Source: Oceanispirochaeta sp. (GTDB taxonomy: Bacteria > Spirochaetota > Spirochaetia > DSM-2461). From it: a DNA stretch of 64,000 nt. The stretch covers positions 1,024,001 to 1,088,000 of the forward strand of contig CAXXXD010000003.1 of NCBI GenBank assembly GCA_963663385.2, in the 5' to 3' direction. Below the pieces are notes generated by a model. That model worked only from the letters and a program-made list of their open reading frames with translations. It had not been told where the DNA came from and searched no databases. Below, piece by piece: positions 1 to 9,370 of this stretch. Numbering within the stretch: position 1 is the first letter of the stretch; each line of letters opens with the position of its first letter. The translations under genes and the position numbers were made by a program.

Positions 1-130
1 GGCTGAGGGATCTGTAATCCTCTTCAAAGTAGAAACGGGAACCTAAAGGCTCCCTTTCCATCCCCTGGGAGGAGAGCATAACGGGTATGAACAACGGGAT
101 AAATATCAGATATACAATGATTTTCCCCAT
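1..130 (-). CDS. 5' part of a probable exported protein (runs off the left edge)
   Basis: ATG at 130 opens MGKIIVYLIFIPLFIPVMLSSQGMEREPLGSRFYFEEDYRSLS..., with no stop before the edge; signal-peptide-like N-terminus; absent from the ORF track. Confidence 0.5.
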   Translation of the reverse strand, partial: MGKIIVYLIFIPLFIPVMLSSQGMEREPLGSRFYFEEDYRSLS

Positions 131-198
131 ATGGAAAATTCTATGAATTATGCGGCAGGAATGCAAGGAAATACAGCTTCTTCCCCTACAAGCCTCAA

Positions 199-984
199 TC
201 AGCTTATTAAAGCCGGGATTCTATTGCCGGTAAAATAAATCTGCGGCTTTCCCGTGTGCGGATTGATTGTAATATCTGTATTTACTCCAAATACTTCCTT
301 CATCAGTGTTCTTGTAAAAACCTCCTCCGGAGTGCCGGACGTCACTACCCGGCCATTCTGTAGAACATAAATCCTGTCGCAGTACAGGGCGGCCAGATTA
401 ATATCATGAATGGCTGCCACTATGGTGATATCCAGTTCTTTTACTAACTCGAAAACCTGCAGTTTGAATCCGATATCCAGATGGTTTGTCGGTTCGTCCA
501 GTATTATCAGTTTTGCCTGCTGGGCCAGAGCCCGGGCTATCAGTACCCGCTGTTTTTCCCCTCCCGAGAGTGTGACAAAACTCCTGTCTTCCAGCCCCGT
601 CAGACCGGTATCGGCAATGGCTTTCCGGGCAATCTCCCTGTCCAGAGAACTGTCTGTATCAAAGGCTTTTTTATAGGGATAACGGCCCATGAGAACAATT
701 TCCCTAACAGAAAAATCAAAACTGCCCGTTTCCTCCTGAGCGACAACCGCCATTTTTCTGGCGCTTTCTTTGCCTGATAGCCGGCGAATGTTAATATTGT
801 CTATTAAGACAGCTCCTTCGGTAGGGCTTAAGACACGGTAGATGTTTTTCAGGAATGTGGATTTACCGCTGCCGTTGGGACCAATAATCCCGGTCAGTTT
901 TCCATTCTCTCCCCGGAAATCAATACCTTCAATAATTGTCTTTCCATTGATATCAAAACGGATACCTTCGGTTCTGCATTTCAT
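199..984 (-). CDS. ABC transporter ATP-binding subunit, FecE/BtuD-like
   Basis: Walker A GPNGSGKS, signature LSGGEKQR, Walker B IILDEPT, H-loop; start at MKCRTEG (984) overlaps the permease stop (ATGA). Confidence 0.92.
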   Translation of the reverse strand: MKCRTEGIRFDINGKTIIEGIDFRGENGKLTGIIGPNGSGKSTFLKNIYRVLSPTEGAVLIDNINIRRLSGKESARKMAVVAQEETGSFDFSVREIVLMGRYPYKKAFDTDSSLDREIARKAIADTGLTGLEDRSFVTLSGGEKQRVLIARALAQQAKLIILDEPTNHLDIGFKLQVFELVKELDITIVAAIHDINLAALYCDRIYVLQNGRVVTSGTPEEVFTRTLMKEVFGVNTDITINPHTGKPQIYFTGNRIPALIS

Positions 985-2072
985 GAAGATCTGCCTCCGA
1001 AGGAATACCTGCTTTTTCTTAAGAGGTATACGAAAAAGGGTGCTCCAACCAGTGAAGTTATAATACCAATGGGCAGTTCTTCCGGGGCAACCAGCAGTCT
1101 GGCGGCAACATCCGCCCAAATCAGATAGATGGCTCCTGAAAGAACAGAGAGGGGAACAAGCTGTCTGTGATCCGCACCTGTAACCATCCTGACAATATGG
1201 GGAATGACAAGTCCTACAAAGCCGATTGCACCGCTCACGGCAACACTGAACCCTGTGATCAGGGCGGCAGCTATAACCGTGACAATCCGCATCCGGTGGA
1301 TGTTAACTCCAAGTGTAACAGCTGTTTCATCTCCCAGTATCATGGCATTCAGGGAACGGTGTATCCCGGAAAGGAAAACAGCCGCCAGGAGCAGGGACAG
1401 AAAGGGAAGAGGGATATACTCCCACCTGGTTCCGGCCAGACTGCCGACCATCCAGAACAGGGCGCTGCGGATCCCCTCTTCATCCCTGGCGCTGTGAACA
1501 ATCAGGTTGGTCAGGGCAGAGAAAAACGATGAGACAGCAACTCCGGTCAGTACAACCCTGACAGGAGTAATCCTCCCTCTCACATTGGAAATGAAAACAA
1601 CAATTATCATTCCGATCATGGCACCCGTAAAGGCTCCGGCTGACAGGGCAAATACACCACAACCGCTGAATAGTCCCAGCAGAATAACACTGACCGCACC
1701 AGTTGCGGCAGAAGAGGATATCCCCAGAACAAATGGACCGGCCAGGGGATTCCGGACGGCGGCCTGAATGGCGACTCCTCCCAGAGACAGGGCCCCTCCC
1801 GCAATACCCCCCAGCAGTACTCTTGGCAAACGCAGATTCCAGACAATTTTACCGGTTGAAATCTTCCAGGTAGCAGGAAAAGGACCGTCATACGGAGTTA
1901 TACCGTTTAGAATTATTTTCCATGTATCGGAAATTTTTATATTAATCGGGCCGAAAGACACGGCGGCAATTACCGAGAACAGAAGAATAAGGGAGAGGGC
2001 TGTGATTTTTGTAATAAAACGGGAGTTTTTTACACTTCCCGTTTTATTAACCATTTTTAAAATGGCATTCAT
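981..2072 (-). CDS. ABC transporter permease, FecCD/BtuC family
   Basis: LRLPRVLL, RNPLAGPFVLGISS, GAIGFVGLVIPHIVR and ELPIGIITSLVGAPFF motifs; many TM segments. Confidence 0.93.
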   Translation of the reverse strand: MNAILKMVNKTGSVKNSRFITKITALSLILLFSVIAAVSFGPINIKISDTWKIILNGITPYDGPFPATWKISTGKIVWNLRLPRVLLGGIAGGALSLGGVAIQAAVRNPLAGPFVLGISSSAATGAVSVILLGLFSGCGVFALSAGAFTGAMIGMIIVVFISNVRGRITPVRVVLTGVAVSSFFSALTNLIVHSARDEEGIRSALFWMVGSLAGTRWEYIPLPFLSLLLAAVFLSGIHRSLNAMILGDETAVTLGVNIHRMRIVTVIAAALITGFSVAVSGAIGFVGLVIPHIVRMVTGADHRQLVPLSVLSGAIYLIWADVAARLLVAPEELPIGIITSLVGAPFFVYLLRKSRYSFGGRSS

Positions 2073-3041
2073 TCAGAAAAGATCCGGATAGAAAGCTTCA
2101 GCAAACTTTTCCACTGTATCAGCATTCCGAATCCCCGGGAAAACAGCCGGTAGATCGATAACCAGGAAGCGATTGTTTTTTACAGCATCCACCTCCGCCA
2201 AGGCGGGAAGATCCATGGCAAAGGCTATTTTGTCTGCAGATGGTGTGCTGCCGTACTCATTGATGATAATCAGTTCGGGATTCCGGTCCACAACCTCTTC
2301 CCAGCTTACTTTGGCCCATGTTTTATCTATATCATCAAAGATATTCTTGCCTCCTGCCGCTTCTATCAGACTCGTCTGAAGCCCCTGACAGGCTGTAAAT
2401 GCGGTGTCTCCTGTAGAATCAAGCACGAAAACGCGAATCGACTGACGATCTCCTATGGTTTTCTTTACGTTTTCAATCTGATTCTTCATACCGGTGATAA
2501 TGGAATCCGCCCTGTCTTCAACCTGAAAGGTTTTCCCGATTATGGTGAAGTCCTCGTATACATCTTCCATTGTTGCTCCCGTTGTATAACTGCCTTTGCA
2601 TACATAGGGCATAATGCCGTATTCATTAATGGTTTCAACAGTTCCTACAGCGGTTTCCTTAAAAGCGGAGGATCGGCCGAATACAAAGTCGGGATCAGCA
2701 TCCAGAAAGACTTCCAGGGAAGGGTACTTTTCCGCCAGCCTGGGAATCCTGTTTAACTCCTCCCGGTATTCAGGCAGAACAGGCGCGTTATTATAGGCCG
2801 TTCCAATCAGCTTGTCTCCCAGTCCCATGGCCAGCATGATTTCCGTGGTATGGGCGTTTAGGCTGACCGCTCTTTCAGGAACATGATCATAGGTGATCTG
2901 CTGCCCGAAGGTTTCTACCGTGAAAGGTTCAAAGTCCTGTGAAACAGGGGGGGGTGCTGATGGTTCTTCCTGTGCTCCATTGGCAGTGAGAAATCCGCAG
3001 GTTGACAGAAGCCAGATTAGAAGAAGAGTCGCTTTTTTCAT
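2073..3041 (-). CDS. ABC transporter substrate-binding protein, BtuF/FepB (class III) family; probably corrinoid or cobalt uptake
   Basis: Signal peptide then PERAVSL, EIMLAMG, VSWEEVVDRNPELII, AVKNNR; first gene after a cobalamin riboswitch. Confidence 0.88.
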   Translation of the reverse strand: MKKATLLLIWLLSTCGFLTANGAQEEPSAPPPVSQDFEPFTVETFGQQITYDHVPERAVSLNAHTTEIMLAMGLGDKLIGTAYNNAPVLPEYREELNRIPRLAEKYPSLEVFLDADPDFVFGRSSAFKETAVGTVETINEYGIMPYVCKGSYTTGATMEDVYEDFTIIGKTFQVEDRADSIITGMKNQIENVKKTIGDRQSIRVFVLDSTGDTAFTACQGLQTSLIEAAGGKNIFDDIDKTWAKVSWEEVVDRNPELIIINEYGSTPSADKIAFAMDLPALAEVDAVKNNRFLVIDLPAVFPGIRNADTVEKFAEAFYPDLF

Positions 3042-3207
3042 TATTCCTCCGATTCAGGATAGCTGAAGGGTTCAATCGAGAGCTATCCAGGTGCAGAATC
3101 TTCCGGGAAATTTGTCGAGCAGGATAATTGTATTTAAGAGTATAGAATGACACATTCACCTCTCCGTCCCAGAAGATTGTGATGATATTGGAACCTTTCA
3201 ACAAAAG

Positions 3208-3387
3208 GCTATCAGGCAGGTCTCCTGACTTGAGGGTTATTACGATTTTTCAGCGCCTTCCCATAAATTACAGTGGCTGGTGAACAGGATATTCAACCTT
3301 GCTGATGGTCTTCCCTCTTACAGTACCTGGGGGTGCTCGTGAGTTTCACACGATTCTCTTTTAAGCCCTTTCGGGCACCCGATGGCT
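3208..3387 (-). ncRNA. Cobalamin (B12) riboswitch
   Basis: Minus strand reads GGTGCCC-GAAA-GGGC-TTAAAAGAGAA, hairpin CGTG-TGAAACT-CACG, CCCC...CTGT, GCCACTG...GGGAAGG, and B12 box AAGTCAGGAGACCTGCC; ends approximate. Confidence 0.9.
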
Positions 3388-3665
3388 ATACAATATCAGC
3401 GAACAAATAACAGAGATATAATTTTTCCGGGTAATAATTGTACTTTTTCAATAATATTCCAGGAAAAATCAGTAACCGCTGAAATACAGTTAAGCAGGGT
3501 ATAAATAGAATGATTGGCTTTAATAGAATACTGCCATTTCAGTTGAACCATTAAACAGTGGGCTGATAAAAAAAATGAGAACCCGTAGAGTAGTAAGCCG
3601 CTATGGATGTTTCCGGGAGGACAGATTATAGTATATATCTTAGCAGATGAAATAAAGGATAGATT

Positions 3666-4124
3666 ATGGACTACAATACAATACTGCGGAGTATCCGCTA
3701 TGCCATGAAAATAGATGATCAGCAGGTCGCTGATATTTTTAAGCTGAACGGCTATAACATAACAGCCGGTGAAGTAGGCGATTTGCTGAAACAGGAAGAG
3801 GATGAAGGTTTTGTTCCGGCGGACGACAAAATTATCCGGAACTTTCTGGATGGTCTGATCATCAGCAGAAGGGGACCCCGGAAGCCCGGAACCAAAGCAG
3901 TTCCTGATGAAGTTATGAATAACAACATGGTAATGAAAAAAATCCGGATAGCCTTTGAGTTGAGGGAAGAGGATATGATTCGTGTAATAAAAGACGGCGG
4001 GTTTGTTATTTCAAAGGGCGAACTAAGCGCACTGTTCAGAAAAAAGGGACATAAACACTACAGACCCTGCGGGGATCAGCTGTTACGGTACTTTCTTCGG
4101 GGGCTGTCGGGCAGGAAATTATAA
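3666..4124 (+). CDS. DUF1456 (YehS-like) protein
   Basis: NTILRSIRYAM, FLDGLIISRRG, NNNMVMKKIRIAF, ELSALFRKKGHKHYRPCGDQLLRYFLRGL; RBS AAGGA. Confidence 0.88.
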   Translation: MDYNTILRSIRYAMKIDDQQVADIFKLNGYNITAGEVGDLLKQEEDEGFVPADDKIIRNFLDGLIISRRGPRKPGTKAVPDEVMNNNMVMKKIRIAFELREEDMIRVIKDGGFVISKGELSALFRKKGHKHYRPCGDQLLRYFLRGLSGRKL

Positions 4125-4196
4125 ATCAAAATCCTTTAATTCGGAAATGGAATGAATTAGTATAAAGGTATAAGTCTATTATACAAGAAGTACCAA

Positions 4197-6674
4197 TTGA
4201 ACATACTGGATATCAAATCGACCCATGTAAAAAAAACGCTGGAACCGGAAACCCTGATTTTTCTTCAGGGAGGTATAAGTAAAGCATTTCTGATTCTTCA
4301 CTCGGGAATGGTGGAAATCCTGCATAACAGAAAAACCGGACCTGATTCTTCCCCCGAGGACATCCTCAGGGGAAGTTTAAGGATAGGACTGATAAAAGGG
4401 GAGGCTCTGATTGACGTAATCGGGCTTTTAAACAGCGAAGAATCCCATTCCTTTTCTGTTAGAACCGTTTCAAACTGTATTATCACAGCCAGGCCCACCA
4501 CTGCTGAAGAATTTATAAGTAAAATGCAGGATGACATTCCTTTGAATCTGAAAGTATTGAGGGATCTGATATTGCGGATTGAGTCATCCTTTTATATCTT
4601 TAATAATTACAAGTATTTATGGCATAAATACGCTTCCATAGCCGATTCCCTTGCATTGGGATGCGAAATTCCGGAATCCCCTATGTTTCAGGGTTCCGCC
4701 TCCAGGAGTACTTCCTCCCTGGAGGAGTATTCCACCTTTCTGAATGAGAAGACCAGGAATAATAGGGACCTTGAGAAGGGGAACTCCTGGGATTACAACC
4801 TTTTTCTGGGCCGGCTTCAAAATCAGATGGATCTTTATAAGGAGAAGGATAATCTTCGAACAGAGGATATAATCGATCAGCGTCAGTACCTTTTTATCAA
4901 AAGACTGGTAGAGAAAGATGATAAAATCCTGGAGGCCCTTTTCCATAATGATGAACCTACAAACCGGTATATTTTCAATATCCTGGGTGAAACCATTAAT
5001 TACATGCTGGAAAACAATAAGAATCTTGCCACTGATATAGACAGGCTGATTCATTCTCTCTATTCGGAGAAGGGATGGGTAAAAAAAATAATCACAGAAA
5101 ATGATACAGAAAATCCCCGGGTACGGAACTTTCTCCATTTCCTGACAAAATTCACCTGGCGATGCAGGAAGGATACACTGCTCCTTCTGGGAAAGGATAT
5201 ACTGAAAGAGTATGAAGTATTTTCTGAATTGAAACTCTTTAAAGAGTATGCTTCCCGGGAGTTGGAAACTGAAAAAGAAAAATCAGATAAATCCACTTCT
5301 CCCGTAACTGATAGACTGGGAAAATACAATGGACTCCTTCAGAAGATACTGGATTTTTCGGGTTTATCTCCAGAATTCAAACAGAGTTTTACCTCTTTGG
5401 TGGAGACTCTTATAAAAGCGGAAAATAAATTCGATGCCGGTCAGGACATACAGAAACTGCGGGATAATCTCTCAGAAAAGTACTGGGAGCTGTATGAGGT
5501 CTGTTTTCTGAAAATCATCGATTCGGATCTGAAGGGTTTTATACCTGGAATCATGCTTCATTTCGGTCTGATTGACGAGAGGCTCATAACCCGGGAAGAA
5601 CTGCAGATAATAGACGAATTCTATGCGGGAACACTATATAGCGATGAAACTATCCCGGTGATGACTCTGCCGTACTTCCTTCATAAAATATATAAATCTG
5701 AAATTAATCCCTCTATGACTGAAATGGGAGACCTGTTTAATACGGTACTGAAAAATCAGATGAAACTGACCAAGCGGGAAAAGGAAAAAGCATACCTTTT
5801 TGAGAATACCCCCGAAGATAGAGTACGCTTCGAAATCCGAAGAATTTCCAGGGATCTGAGCAGATTATTATCGGGGAAAAAGAATAAAACTCTCCCTTTT
5901 CTGTGCAGTGAGCTGATATCAGATAATCTGAAACGGCACTTTATAGATCCGGAAATCCTGGTTAACAAGCTTGAAAAAATCCGGCATCGTGATTTCTCTC
6001 TGTTTTATCGGGAAATATTGTTTAAACACCCCATTGGTTCAGAATTCATACAGAAGGAAATTGTTCCGAACTTTATTCTCTATCCTGTTGTCGGATCCAG
6101 AGCCGTTATGTGGCAGGAAATGGATGGTTCCCGTAAAGATAGTCCCGGTCGTCTGTTTTTCCCCCTTTATTTTACAGGAAAACTGGAGGAAACCCTGCTG
6201 ACTCAGCTGGCTTACTTCCGATGGGAACTGCAGAAAACACTGGCAGGTTACAACTGGACTGATGCCGTAGAAGGCGGGCTTGTGGGAATCTACTATGACT
6301 ATATCCGTTTTTATAAGAAAAACCCCAATATTATACCCGAGGCAAAACAGAGGCTGGAGGAATTTATCAAGAAGACAAAATCCGATAAGGACCGTTTTGC
6401 CATAGATTACCGGACATGGGTCAGTTATGAGTATGAGGGAAAACTGCGATTCAATAATTATGTAAGGGATATCTTTTACCGTTACTGTCCCTTCCCGGAA
6501 GATATCAGACAGTCCATGTCTCAGAAACCGGCGTTTGCTCCAATGGAAAACAGGTATAAAAACCGAAGGCAGAAGGATATTATTAAGCTGCAGTCCAAAA
6601 TTAATAAATTCCAGAAAAAACGGACGCCCGTTCCTCAGGAATTAAAAGACTTTATGGACTTTCTGGAAAAGTAA
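4197..6674 (+). CDS. Large cytoplasmic protein with an N-terminal cNMP-binding-like domain and an uncharacterised C-terminal region
   Basis: 825-aa ORF (TTG start); N-terminus LEPETLIFLQG..FLILHSGMVEI..IGLIKGE..SFSVRTVSNC matches the CAP/cNMP beta-roll. Confidence 0.7.
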   Translation: MNILDIKSTHVKKTLEPETLIFLQGGISKAFLILHSGMVEILHNRKTGPDSSPEDILRGSLRIGLIKGEALIDVIGLLNSEESHSFSVRTVSNCIITARPTTAEEFISKMQDDIPLNLKVLRDLILRIESSFYIFNNYKYLWHKYASIADSLALGCEIPESPMFQGSASRSTSSLEEYSTFLNEKTRNNRDLEKGNSWDYNLFLGRLQNQMDLYKEKDNLRTEDIIDQRQYLFIKRLVEKDDKILEALFHNDEPTNRYIFNILGETINYMLENNKNLATDIDRLIHSLYSEKGWVKKIITENDTENPRVRNFLHFLTKFTWRCRKDTLLLLGKDILKEYEVFSELKLFKEYASRELETEKEKSDKSTSPVTDRLGKYNGLLQKILDFSGLSPEFKQSFTSLVETLIKAENKFDAGQDIQKLRDNLSEKYWELYEVCFLKIIDSDLKGFIPGIMLHFGLIDERLITREELQIIDEFYAGTLYSDETIPVMTLPYFLHKIYKSEINPSMTEMGDLFNTVLKNQMKLTKREKEKAYLFENTPEDRVRFEIRRISRDLSRLLSGKKNKTLPFLCSELISDNLKRHFIDPEILVNKLEKIRHRDFSLFYREILFKHPIGSEFIQKEIVPNFILYPVVGSRAVMWQEMDGSRKDSPGRLFFPLYFTGKLEETLLTQLAYFRWELQKTLAGYNWTDAVEGGLVGIYYDYIRFYKKNPNIIPEAKQRLEEFIKKTKSDKDRFAIDYRTWVSYEYEGKLRFNNYVRDIFYRYCPFPEDIRQSMSQKPAFAPMENRYKNRRQKDIIKLQSKINKFQKKRTPVPQELKDFMDFLEK

Positions 6675-6871
6675 TATCACTTTCATATGGGATTATAGAT
6701 GCGCTTTCTCTCAAGGTACTGCAGTGGAAGACACTATTATGGACAGATAGAGAGTATAATAATTCCTTTAAAAATGGTCATTGAATTATGATAGGTATTA
6801 CAGGACTCCATGGATAAAACTTTATGGAATCCTTAATTTTCCAAGGAGCCTTTTTTTATTATATTCTTTTA

Positions 6872-6905
6872 TTCAGCAATTAAATATTCATATGAATAAT
6901 AATCC
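6872..6905 (+). promoter_or_regulatory. Palindromic, ARG-box-like operator candidate upstream of arcA
   Basis: Perfect 14-bp palindrome TATTCATATGAATA at 6885-6898, made of back-to-back TGAATA half-sites. Confidence 0.35.
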
Positions 6906-7025
6906 TTATCCTTAACAGAATGGTACGAATAACAAGCTGTTTTTATAATCTGGAAAGAGTGATTCAAGTTGATTTTTCCTGTTAATCATTATACTATGAT
7001 TACAATATCAAAAAGGCAGGATTCA

Positions 7026-8264
7026 ATGTCGAAAAAATCTTTCTATCATGTACATTCCGAAGTAGGAAAACTGGATGCCGTTCTGCTTCACAGACCGGGA
7101 AAAGAGCTGGAACGACTGACTCCCCAATACCTGGAAGAACTGCTTTTTGATGATATACCCTGGCTTGGCCGTATGCAGGAAGAACATGATCTGTTTGCTG
7201 ATGTCCTCAGGAAAAGGGGCTGTGAAGTCTTCTATTACAATGAACTTCTGGAAGATATTCTCAAGGATAATAATGTCAAACAGGAGTTTATAAAGGAGCT
7301 TACAGTTTTTACCGGGATTGATCAGCTGAAGGAAAGGGATGCCATTCTTGAGCATCTTGTATCCCGCAGTCCGGAGGAGCTGACTGAGATACTGATTGCA
7401 GGTCTGCATAAAAACGAGATCAGCTATCGTGAGGACAAACGGAGTCTTGCCTATTATATAACGGATGATTATCCCTTTTATATTAATCCCCTTCCCAACC
7501 TGTATTTTACAAGAGATCCGGGAGCCGTCATCGGTGATTCTGTTTCCATCAATTCCATGAGGACAAATGCAAGAAACCGGGAGACAATGATCCTCTCATA
7601 CATTAATCGGTATCATCCCGTTATCAATGGGGGAGATAATCCCACATGGTACAGCTATAAAGAATCGGAATCCATTGAAGGCGGAGATATACTTGTGATT
7701 AACAGTCGAACCGTCGTCATCGGATGCAGCGCCAGAACATCTGCCCAGGCCATAGAAAAAATTGCAGAAAATCTGTTTAACGGAGACTCCCTCATTGAAG
7801 AAGTCCTGGTTATGCAGATACCGTTTAAAAGAGCATATATGCATCTTGATACTGTATTTACCATGCTGGACAGGGATAAATTTACCATATACCCCGGGAT
7901 AGAAAAGGATGTTAACGTATTCAGCCTCAGAAAATCCAGAGGAAAAACAGGCGGTTTGAGAATCAAGGCTCTGGATAATCTGAATATCGCCCTTGGCAGA
8001 GCTTTGAACCTGGATCATGTGACCATTATTCCCAGCGGGGGAGGGGATAAGATTACAGCTGCCCGGGAACAGTGGAACGACAGCACCAATACCCTTGCCA
8101 TTGCACCGGGAGTCGTGGTGACTTATCGCAGGAATGCCGCCTCCAATGACTCACTGAGAGAGAACGGGATTGAAGTTGTCGAAATTGAAGGATCCGAGCT
8201 GGTAAGAGGCCGGGGCGGACCCCGCTGTATGAGCATGCCCCTGAGAAGAGAAGATATTGATTGA
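7026..8264 (+). CDS. arcA: Arginine deiminase
   Basis: SEVGKLDAVLLHRPG, LLFDD, NLYFTRD, IEGGD, MHLDTV, EQWND, GRGGPRCMSMP catalytic motifs. Confidence 0.97.
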   Translation: MSKKSFYHVHSEVGKLDAVLLHRPGKELERLTPQYLEELLFDDIPWLGRMQEEHDLFADVLRKRGCEVFYYNELLEDILKDNNVKQEFIKELTVFTGIDQLKERDAILEHLVSRSPEELTEILIAGLHKNEISYREDKRSLAYYITDDYPFYINPLPNLYFTRDPGAVIGDSVSINSMRTNARNRETMILSYINRYHPVINGGDNPTWYSYKESESIEGGDILVINSRTVVIGCSARTSAQAIEKIAENLFNGDSLIEEVLVMQIPFKRAYMHLDTVFTMLDRDKFTIYPGIEKDVNVFSLRKSRGKTGGLRIKALDNLNIALGRALNLDHVTIIPSGGGDKITAAREQWNDSTNTLAIAPGVVVTYRRNAASNDSLRENGIEVVEIEGSELVRGRGGPRCMSMPLRREDID

Positions 8265-8321
8265 CCGGGGTTGAGGACAAATCTGTAACATGCTAAAAAT
8301 AATGCACGGAGGATGAGAATT

Positions 8322-9314
8322 ATGCCTGTAAATTTAAGAGGGAAACATTTTCTTACATTAAAAGATTTTACGCCGGAGGAAATTCAGTACATGCTGGACC
8401 TTTCCCTGGATCTGAAACGCAAGAAACGGGCCGGGATAAAAGGAAATCTTCTGGAGGGACGCAATATAGTCCTTCTTTTCGAAAAGGCTTCCACAAGAAC
8501 CAGATGTGCTTTTGAAACCGCGGCCTTTGATGAGGGCGGAAATGTAACCTTTCTGACAAACAGTCAGATGGGAAAAAAAGAGTCTATCGAAGATACGGCA
8601 AAAGTACTGGGACGTTTCTATGACGGGATTGAATTCCGTGGATTCAAACAGGAAACTGTGGAAGACCTTGCCAGGTATGCGGGGGTCCCCGTATGGAATG
8701 GTTTGACAGATCTGTATCACCCCACACAGATCCTTGCGGACTTTCTGACTGTAATGGAACACTGTGACAAGCCTCTGAACAAGGTGAAATTTATTTATGC
8801 CGGCGACTCCCGCAATAATATGGGAAATTCATTGATGATTGGCGCGGCCAAAATGGGTATGCATTTTGTTGCTCTGGCACCGAAGGAGCTTTTCCCTTCC
8901 GAAGAGCTTGTTGCTGAAATGAATGAAGTCGCCAGAGAAACCGGCGCTGTAATTGAACTGTCCGAGAGTCTGGATGCCGTAAAGGATGCGGATGTTATCT
9001 ACACCGATGTATGGGTATCCATGGGAGAAGAGAATATGTTTGAGGAGAGAATCAAACAGCTCAAACCCTATCAGGTCAATATGGACATGATTAAAAAGAC
9101 CGGTAATGAGGATGTGCTTTTTATGCACTGTCTGCCCGCATTCCATGACAGGGAAACCAGTATCGGACAGGACGTTTATGAAAAGTTCGGTCTGGAGTCC
9201 ATGGAAGTAACGGATGACGTTTTCAGAAGTAAACACTCTGTTGTTTTCGACGAAGCCGAAAACAGAATGCACACCATCAAAGCCGTAATGGTAGCCACCA
9301 TCGGCAACCTCTAA
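8322..9314 (+). CDS. arcB: Ornithine carbamoyltransferase (catabolic by context)
   Basis: [32 protein letters not shown] motifs; follows arcA; GGAGG RBS favours the ATG at 8322. Confidence 0.95.
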   Translation: MPVNLRGKHFLTLKDFTPEEIQYMLDLSLDLKRKKRAGIKGNLLEGRNIVLLFEKASTRTRCAFETAAFDEGGNVTFLTNSQMGKKESIEDTAKVLGRFYDGIEFRGFKQETVEDLARYAGVPVWNGLTDLYHPTQILADFLTVMEHCDKPLNKVKFIYAGDSRNNMGNSLMIGAAKMGMHFVALAPKELFPSEELVAEMNEVARETGAVIELSESLDAVKDADVIYTDVWVSMGEENMFEERIKQLKPYQVNMDMIKKTGNEDVLFMHCLPAFHDRETSIGQDVYEKFGLESMEVTDDVFRSKHSVVFDEAENRMHTIKAVMVATIGNL

Positions 9315-9324
9315 TTAATATAAT

Positions 9325-9366
9325 ACCCCCTCTCCCCTTGGGAGAGGGGATTAAGGGGTGAGGGAG
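9325..9366. repeat. GC-rich palindromic REP-like element / bidirectional terminator
   Basis: CCCCTCTCCC-CTT-GGGAGAGGGG stem followed by AGGGGTGAGGG, between the convergent arcB and orr stops. Confidence 0.6.
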
Positions 9367-9370
9367 AGCC

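Noticed and set aside
985..1119. N-terminal extensions in the ORF track (also arcA, orr, alr, ade, queA, tmk, tonB-like)
   Set aside because: Downstream starts fit RBS position, gene overlaps and family N-termini better
2929..3204. 91-aa ORF between the riboswitch and the SBP gene
   Set aside because: TTG start directly after the riboswitch, overlaps the SBP gene out of frame, no motifs; more likely untranslated leader
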